Positions 58,428 through 64,000 of a DNA stretch of 64,000 bases are shown here, piece by piece. A program made the position numbers and the translations under genes. The stretch comes from Candidatus Saccharimonadota bacterium. Lineage in GTDB: Bacteria; Patescibacteriota; Saccharimonadia; Saccharimonadales; UBA4665. Where the stretch lies: the NCBI GenBank assembly GCA_025928155.1, contig JAICKC010000003.1, forward strand, positions 9,069 through 73,068. Direction: 5' to 3'. How positions within the stretch are numbered: the stretch's first letter is position 1; the number at the start of each line of letters is the position of its first letter. The notes beneath the pieces are model-generated. The model did not search any database. It was not told where the DNA came from and was given only the letters and a program-made list of their open reading frames with translations.

Positions 58428-60152
58428 TTACTGGCCGCCGGTTGTGGTGGTTTTAGGCACCGAGCTCTGGCCGATAATCAGGATGAAATCGGCATTTGGA
58501 TAGGTGGCCGTCAAGTGGGTGTTCGTGACAAGGCTGGCGCTGTATTTCTTTTCTAGGTAGGTGAGGGAGTTGGGCATTTTGCCTGCCGAGTTATCGATGA
58601 GCGTGTTGGTAGCTTGGGCGGCTGGAGCGTCGCCAATCGTCACTGACATGCCTTTGGCAATGAGCGCATTTTCCTGCTGCGATGCCAGCCCGCTCACTTC
58701 GGTACCGTTCAGTATTACTACCGTGGCGCCCTCACGCGAAACCGGGTCGCTTGAAAGTATCTTGGTGATTTGTGCCTGAATATCACTGAAGTCGTCGATC
58801 CCGGCTGCCGGGATCAGCACCGACTGTGGCGGATTGGTGGGCGCTGTGAAATTCTGCAGCATGGTGGTGTTACCACCCTTCAGCGTGTTGACATTGTACG
58901 AGGCGACGTTGTTGTCGTTGACCTTCTTCATGTAGGTGTAGAGGGTCTCGATTTCGTCGAGCCGCAAGTTGGTCTTGACGTTGTTACCCACGGCGTCCAC
59001 GAGTGCCGAAATCTTGAGGGGGTTAGCGATGACACTAGCCTGGCTAGACTTGTCCTTAATAGCCATAAGCATTTGCCGCTGATGCTCGGTGCGGTCAAAG
59101 TCGCTATCAGGAAAACCATAGGGGATACCATAAGGGTTCGGATCGCCGCGCGCCCGAGCCAGGTTGAGCGCCTGCTTGCCGCTAAGCGTCACCGGGCCGT
59201 TCGGATATTTGGCTAGCGCGCAGCACTTCCGGGTGGTGTAATCAATGTTCGGGTCATAAATACCGCGCGGGTCAGTGCTATTGATAGTAATAGTTATACC
59301 ACCCACGGCATCTACTAAATCCCGGAATGCACCGTAATTCACGAGCGCCTGATAGTCGATGGTAAGCCCCAGGTTATCCTGTATAACGCCTTGCAGTTTA
59401 TCCATACCGCCGTTGGGGTAGGCGGCATTTATTTTGGAGTGACCCACGCCCGGTATGTTCACCCACAGGTCGCGCGGAACGCTTAAGATAAGGGCGGTAT
59501 TCTTTTTGGTGTCCACGCTGAGTACCATGATGGAGTCAGTCAGGTTAGCCCCATCATGCCCCGGGTCATCAGCCGAGTTGGCTGCCAGTAAAATGTTAAC
59601 GCGACCATCTTGGTTTTTGAGTGGTACCGGGTTGAAGACCTGTAATAACGCCAACGGGTTTTTGTTACCCGTAATTTTGGCAATATCACGGTAGAATCTA
59701 AAGCCGAGTACACCAGCCGCCAGCAACACCATGACGCTTAGACCGATCCCAATCCGCTTAACTATGCGCCTTCGCGGACTTATGCCCCGCTCTTTTTTGC
59801 GAGTCCTCCGCTCTTTGCGGCGCTGGCGCCAGCTCTTTTTGCCCGCTTGCTCTGGTTGTTCTTCGGCAGGAGCGCGGCGGCGACGGCGCAGTTCTTCGCC
59901 GGCCAGCGACCCCGCCCCAAAACTGCCCTGCCCCGGCACCGGGGGCAATACAGAATCATCGGCAGCGCCCAAAACCGGCTGCGCGGCATTTCGCCGTGGC
60001 ATGTCGGTCAATTCTGACCGACGAAGCTGCGGACTAACCGAAGGACTGTGAAATACCGGCTGGCGTGGCCGCGCTGGCACCGGCTTCGAAAAGAAGCCGT
60101 CAATATTCGTACTACGCTTCGGAGTGAAGCTATCCTTTTTTTCGAGTGCCAT
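58428..60152 (-). CDS. LCP (LytR-CpsA-Psr) family protein with LytR C-terminal domain
   Basis: TDSIM, SVPRDL, KINAAY, DFDRTEHQR, ILNGT..SGLA. Confidence 0.9.
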   Translation of the reverse strand: MALEKKDSFTPKRSTNIDGFFSKPVPARPRQPVFHSPSVSPQLRRSELTDMPRRNAAQPVLGAADDSVLPPVPGQGSFGAGSLAGEELRRRRRAPAEEQPEQAGKKSWRQRRKERRTRKKERGISPRRRIVKRIGIGLSVMVLLAAGVLGFRFYRDIAKITGNKNPLALLQVFNPVPLKNQDGRVNILLAANSADDPGHDGANLTDSIMVLSVDTKKNTALILSVPRDLWVNIPGVGHSKINAAYPNGGMDKLQGVIQDNLGLTIDYQALVNYGAFRDLVDAVGGITITINSTDPRGIYDPNIDYTTRKCCALAKYPNGPVTLSGKQALNLARARGDPNPYGIPYGFPDSDFDRTEHQRQMLMAIKDKSSQASVIANPLKISALVDAVGNNVKTNLRLDEIETLYTYMKKVNDNNVASYNVNTLKGGNTTMLQNFTAPTNPPQSVLIPAAGIDDFSDIQAQITKILSSDPVSREGATVVILNGTEVSGLASQQENALIAKGMSVTIGDAPAAQATNTLIDNSAGKMPNSLTYLEKKYSASLVTNTHLTATYPNADFILIIGQSSVPKTTTTGGQ

Positions 60153-60334
60153 ACTAGAGTCTTGGTTGCAGTGCCAGCCTACTGGCAAGATAGATTACTA
60201 TTGTCCCGATGTAAGTGCAGTTTTGGGTAAGGTGGGCGGAAGCAGCAAGCGCGGTGGCTTGAGCAGAGCGGAAATTTCTGACGCTATGAGGAAGCTGCAT
60301 TACTCTGGTTTATTTTACGGGAAAACGGACATCA

Positions 60335-60371
60335 AATAAACCCACCTTGCTCGTAAGTAGGTGGGTTTATT
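60335..60371. terminator. Intrinsic terminator
   Basis: 13-bp inverted repeat AATAAACCCACCT / AGGTGGGTTTATT. Confidence 0.8.
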
Positions 60372-60383
60372 GCAGACAAACGA

Positions 60384-60485
60384 TTAGAGCTTGGCTAGCA
60401 TCTCGTCTATTGCCAGCAGGCGCTTATCTCTGGTAGGTACCAGCATAAAGCCGCCCAGACTGGGTTGGTCTGTGGCAAGTCGCAT
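60384..60485 (-). CDS. 33-aa small protein (below ORF-track cutoff)
   Basis: MRLATDQPSLGGFMLVPTRDKRLLAIDEMLAKL between a consensus promoter and a terminator; SD GAAAGG. Confidence 0.5.
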   Translation of the reverse strand: MRLATDQPSLGGFMLVPTRDKRLLAIDEMLAKL

Positions 60486-60564
60486 TACGGCTGCCTTTCT
60501 TTTTAATTTTGTTTTGTGATTTTTGTTTTAAGATTTTCTTGTGCAAATCTCAAAACTAATGCAT

Positions 60565-60593
60565 AGTATAGCAAAAGGCTTACGCTTTGTCAA
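60565..60593 (-). promoter_or_regulatory. Near-consensus sigma70 promoter
   Basis: TTGACA-N17-TATACT with TGn extension. Confidence 0.75.
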
Positions 60594-60608
60594 TGGCAAC
60601 CGTGGACA

Positions 60609-61559
60609 CTAGAACCACCTCCGCTTACGGAAGTAGATGTACATGCCAAGTGCCGTGCAAGCCGAAAGCGCCAGTACCAGCCAGAATGTCGTATATTTGC
60701 CCAGGAATAGCCACGAGCCGGATTCCAAGCCACCGGGCACGAAGACGTTCATGCCGTACAGCGCCGCTGCGACCGTTGCTGGGATGGTAAACGTAAACAC
60801 CAGCGTGAGCAGTGCCAAAATGCGGTTCGTTTGCTCGGTACTGGTTATAAAATCGGCATCTTTGTAGATTTCGACGGTCTCACGCGCTTCGTCGAGTTCG
60901 TCCCACAAGCGGTTAACGGTTTTGAGATTGTAGGCATAGTAGTGGGTGAGATCGCTGCCAGCAAAGCCGCCGATTTGCTCACGCAGATCGTCGAGCAGCA
61001 GCCGCTTAGGGCCAGTCAGACGGCGCAAACGAATAATTTTTTCGCGGAGGCGGCCGATGCGCTCGGCGTCGGAGGAGTTATTTTCAAACACTAAGTCCTC
61101 GACCTCATCGAGTTCCACATCTATGCCTTCGGCTATAGTTTCCATGGTCTGGAGCAGGGCGGCGATAATGCGGAACAGCAGATAACCAGCACTGCGAGCC
61201 TCTTGCTTATCGGTGGTACGCGAAAAGTGGGTGTAGAAATCATCGATAAATGGTGCCTCTTTAACGTGCACGGTCACCACATAGTCCTTGCCTAGGAACA
61301 CCCCCAGCTGGCCAACGGTAATTTTTCCGTCAGGTTGCAGCGCAGGATAGTGCATAACCAAGAAAAAATAGTGCTTTTCGCGCTCCACCTGATTGTGCTG
61401 CACTTTGCGGACGCTTTCGCCCACATGCACCGGATGCAAGCGGTACTCCTGCTCGAGCCGCTCCAGCACAGTCGTGCCCGGCGCCTGCGCATCCACCCAG
61501 GTCACGCCACCCAAGGTGTGTTTTCGCACATCCCCGCCACCGTCAGTATGCCCATCCAT
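60609..61559 (-). CDS. corA: CorA family Mg2+ transporter
   Basis: YGMN signature, two C-terminal TMs, FRKRRWF. Confidence 0.9.
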   Translation of the reverse strand: MDGHTDGGGDVRKHTLGGVTWVDAQAPGTTVLERLEQEYRLHPVHVGESVRKVQHNQVEREKHYFFLVMHYPALQPDGKITVGQLGVFLGKDYVVTVHVKEAPFIDDFYTHFSRTTDKQEARSAGYLLFRIIAALLQTMETIAEGIDVELDEVEDLVFENNSSDAERIGRLREKIIRLRRLTGPKRLLLDDLREQIGGFAGSDLTHYYAYNLKTVNRLWDELDEARETVEIYKDADFITSTEQTNRILALLTLVFTFTIPATVAAALYGMNVFVPGGLESGSWLFLGKYTTFWLVLALSACTALGMYIYFRKRRWF

Positions 61560-61598
61560 ATTCACTTTATAATAGCAACAAACGCGCGCCGATTCACG

Positions 61599-62525
61599 CT
61601 AACTGGGGTTGCTCGCCACCACCGCAGTCCTGAGCTGTTTGAACGCGCCTATATACTTTTGGGTAGCCGCTTTATAGCTCGCGTCGGGCCCAACAGAGAC
61701 TGAGCCACCTAGATAAACCGGCAGGCTTGCCGGTTCGCCATAGCCCTGAAGGCTCAAGGACCAATTCCCGCCCTGCGCCTGCGGGCGGGTGAGCGTGTAG
61801 CAGATGTTGAAAACTTTGTCGCCGGTAGTAAGACCCTTGGTCGTGTCATTAGCGCAGGCGGCGGTGTCCGTTTTGAGCTGTGAAATAAACGCCTTTTTGT
61901 CAGCAACACTCAGCTGCTTGCCACCGGCACCTGCGCCAGGGTAGCTAGCGGGCGCAGCGTCGGCCACGGCAGCCCACTGTGTCATGTCAGATACAAAAAA
62001 GGTGCCTGTGGTAGTCGTGCCAGCCGGTGCGTCAGGGGTGCCCGAGCCTTGAAACAGCCAGTTAGCCAAAACGTCGCTTGAGCTCGTGGCAAAGTAGGCC
62101 GCTAGGCCTACTGGTGTCGTAACGCCCGGTGCAAGGTTAAGCGCACTCTGGTCTGCTGGCAGTGTAAGCGTGGTGACAACTGTTTTCGTTTTGAGTGAAG
62201 CCGGCACGCCGACTGCTGAATAGGTAGCATATTGATCTGCGGCGGCTTGCGCCTGCTGGGCTTCCTTCAGACTAGCCTGAGACGTGGACAGCCTGCTGTT
62301 GAGGTCTGAAATCTGGCTGTGCTGCCACAAGTATATGCCGGCAGCCACGGCAAACAGAGCTACCGCCCACACGATGTGCGCCAACACCGAACTGCGCGGT
62401 TCTTGCATGTTCACACCGGTAGCAGGTGGTGTAGTAACGGGGCCCGTAACCTGTGGTGCTACTGGCTGTGATTGTTGCTGATAGCTGGGTGGCATATCTT
62501 TAAAGTTTATGCTTGGACCGCTCAT
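61599..62525 (-). CDS. Hypothetical single-TM surface protein
   Basis: Pro/Gln-rich N-terminus, TM, coiled coil, Ala/Thr-rich domain. Confidence 0.65.
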   Translation of the reverse strand: MSGPSINFKDMPPSYQQQSQPVAPQVTGPVTTPPATGVNMQEPRSSVLAHIVWAVALFAVAAGIYLWQHSQISDLNSRLSTSQASLKEAQQAQAAADQYATYSAVGVPASLKTKTVVTTLTLPADQSALNLAPGVTTPVGLAAYFATSSSDVLANWLFQGSGTPDAPAGTTTTGTFFVSDMTQWAAVADAAPASYPGAGAGGKQLSVADKKAFISQLKTDTAACANDTTKGLTTGDKVFNICYTLTRPQAQGGNWSLSLQGYGEPASLPVYLGGSVSVGPDASYKAATQKYIGAFKQLRTAVVASNPS

Positions 62526-62575
62526 TTTGCAAAGCTGTTTGACATTTCACAATACCTTGTATAGCATAGTAGTGT

Positions 62576-62932
62576 ATGAACAAGAATAGCGAAAACAGTC
62601 TCCGCGCCCAATCCGAGGTGCAAATGCGCAAGGGCATGCTCGTGTATTGCGTATTACTCCTGCTGGGGGATGGCAAAGTGTATACGTCGGAGCTCATCCG
62701 CGCCCTACACCAGGCTGAACTTATTGTGGTGGAAGGCACCCTCTACCCTTTACTCAATCGCTTGGCCAAGGATGGCCTACTGGCCTACGAGTGGCAGGAA
62801 AGCGAGCAGGGGCCACCACGCAAGTACTACTGGCTAACCGACGGGGGTAAAAAATTGCTGGCAGATTTACAGCAAACCTATCACAGACTGCACGCCTCAG
62901 TTAGCGCACTCGAGAAAGGAACTAACACATGA
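62576..62932 (+). CDS. PadR family transcriptional regulator
   Basis: QMRKG, EGTLYPLL.RL, GPPRKYY. Confidence 0.92.
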   Translation: MNKNSENSLRAQSEVQMRKGMLVYCVLLLLGDGKVYTSELIRALHQAELIVVEGTLYPLLNRLAKDGLLAYEWQESEQGPPRKYYWLTDGGKKLLADLQQTYHRLHASVSALEKGTNT

Positions 62933-64000
62933 ACGAAGTAACTAAGATCCACCTGGGACGGCAAGCGTTTACCATTTCGGTGGACGCGCACCGCGAGCTC
63001 AAAGGCTACCTGGACGCGATTAAGCGGCACGTCAGCGATGAAGGGGTAGTAAGCGAGGTGGAGCTACGCATGGCAGAACTACTCGCTGAACGTGATGTGA
63101 AAGACGAACAGGTTATTTTGCCCGCGGACGTCGATTTCCTGAAAGAGCAGTTGGGCAACCCGAAAGACTTTGCTGAGGACGACGAGCAAGAGACAGCCGA
63201 CCAACCTACCGACACCAAGCGGCTGTTCCGAGACACCGATAACGCTATGCTCGCGGGCGTGGCAGCCGGGCTCGGCAATTACTTCGGTGTGGACGTGCTG
63301 ATTATCCGGCTATTATTCGTCATCGCCACCTTTGCCGGCGGCTGGGGGATCTTGATTTACATTGTGCTGTGGTTACTGGTACCGGAAGCAAAAACATCGA
63401 GTGAACGTCTGCAGATGGCTGGTAAACCAGTCACCATCGACAGTCTAAAGGAAGTCGTAGAACGCGCGGACGTTGGTGGCGCGGCCCGACGCGCTAATAA
63501 TTCGCTGGCTGGACCGGTGAATGCAGCTTTCAGGACCCTCCTGAAGGTCGTCGGCGTATGCTTTGTGGTCATAGGCATGAGCCTACTGCTCGGCCTGGCT
63601 ACGGCGGCATTGTATGTATTCTTCCATAACAGCAGCATCGTGCAAGACAACCTATTTCCCATAGGTATCAAAGAGCATCTGCTCGTGTACAGTGCAGCTG
63701 TGGTGGGCATTCTGCTGTCGCTCTTTGTGGTGCTGTTCGGCATGGCTCTGTACCGGCGTAAATGGCCTATCCACGCTTGGATTACCGGCACGCTCATTGG
63801 CATGACTCTCATCGGTATGGCAGCCGGCGGTGCACTCGCCGCCGATGTGGCACCGCACATCCGCGATCGCTACAACGCCAACCTGCACACCACCGTACGC
63901 ACGGTTCAGCCCTTCAGCGCTGTAGACCTCAGCCAGCTCGGCAACGGTGTTACCATCAACTACGAAACCGCCCCCACCTACTCCGTGAGTCTACACTACT
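62929..64000 (+). CDS. PspC-domain membrane protein, 3' truncated
   Basis: Translated by hand from the ATG at 62929: MNEVTKIHLG...KRLFRDTDNAMLAGVAAGLGNYFG; typical padR-pspC pair. Confidence 0.85.
   Translation, partial: MNEVTKIHLGRQAFTISVDAHRELKGYLDAIKRHVSDEGVVSEVELRMAELLAERDVKDEQVILPADVDFLKEQLGNPKDFAEDDEQETADQPTDTKRLFRDTDNAMLAGVAAGLGNYFGVDVLIIRLLFVIATFAGGWGILIYIVLWLLVPEAKTSSERLQMAGKPVTIDSLKEVVERADVGGAARRANNSLAGPVNAAFRTLLKVVGVCFVVIGMSLLLGLATAALYVFFHNSSIVQDNLFPIGIKEHLLVYSAAVVGILLSLFVVLFGMALYRRKWPIHAWITGTLIGMTLIGMAAGGALAADVAPHIRDRYNANLHTTVRTVQPFSAVDLSQLGNGVTINYETAPTYSVSLHY

Overview
Bacterial chromosomal window whose gene content (type IV pilus cluster, ruvCAB, hrcA-grpE-dnaK-dnaJ, lepA, murJ, a VirD4-like ATPase, ftsH, tilS, many NUDIX/HD hydrolases, almost no biosynthesis) and many leaderless-type promoters suggest a Patescibacteria genome, probably Saccharibacteria/TM7 (inference, no database search). 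It has about 70 CDS, two tRNAs (Lys-UUU, Met-CAU) and five CIRCE operators; I found no CRISPR, rRNA, integrase or transposase. Main unusual signals: (1) a high-GC actinobacterial-type lsr2 gene sits inside an ~800-nt nested, end-paired predicted RNA structure with its own promoter, and a GC-rich secreted M23 peptidase gene shows similar 5'UTR/3'UTR pairing; (2) an integrase-free tandem array downstream of tRNA-Lys in which degenerate tRNA 3'-end + terminator + promoter units separate one- or two-gene low-GC cassettes; (3) a RimK / protease-RimK fusion / DUF1704-like peptidase cluster; (4) two small ORFs below the ORF-track cutoff (a 38-aa pilin-like peptide and a 33-aa peptide). All RNA structures were paired by eye, not computed.
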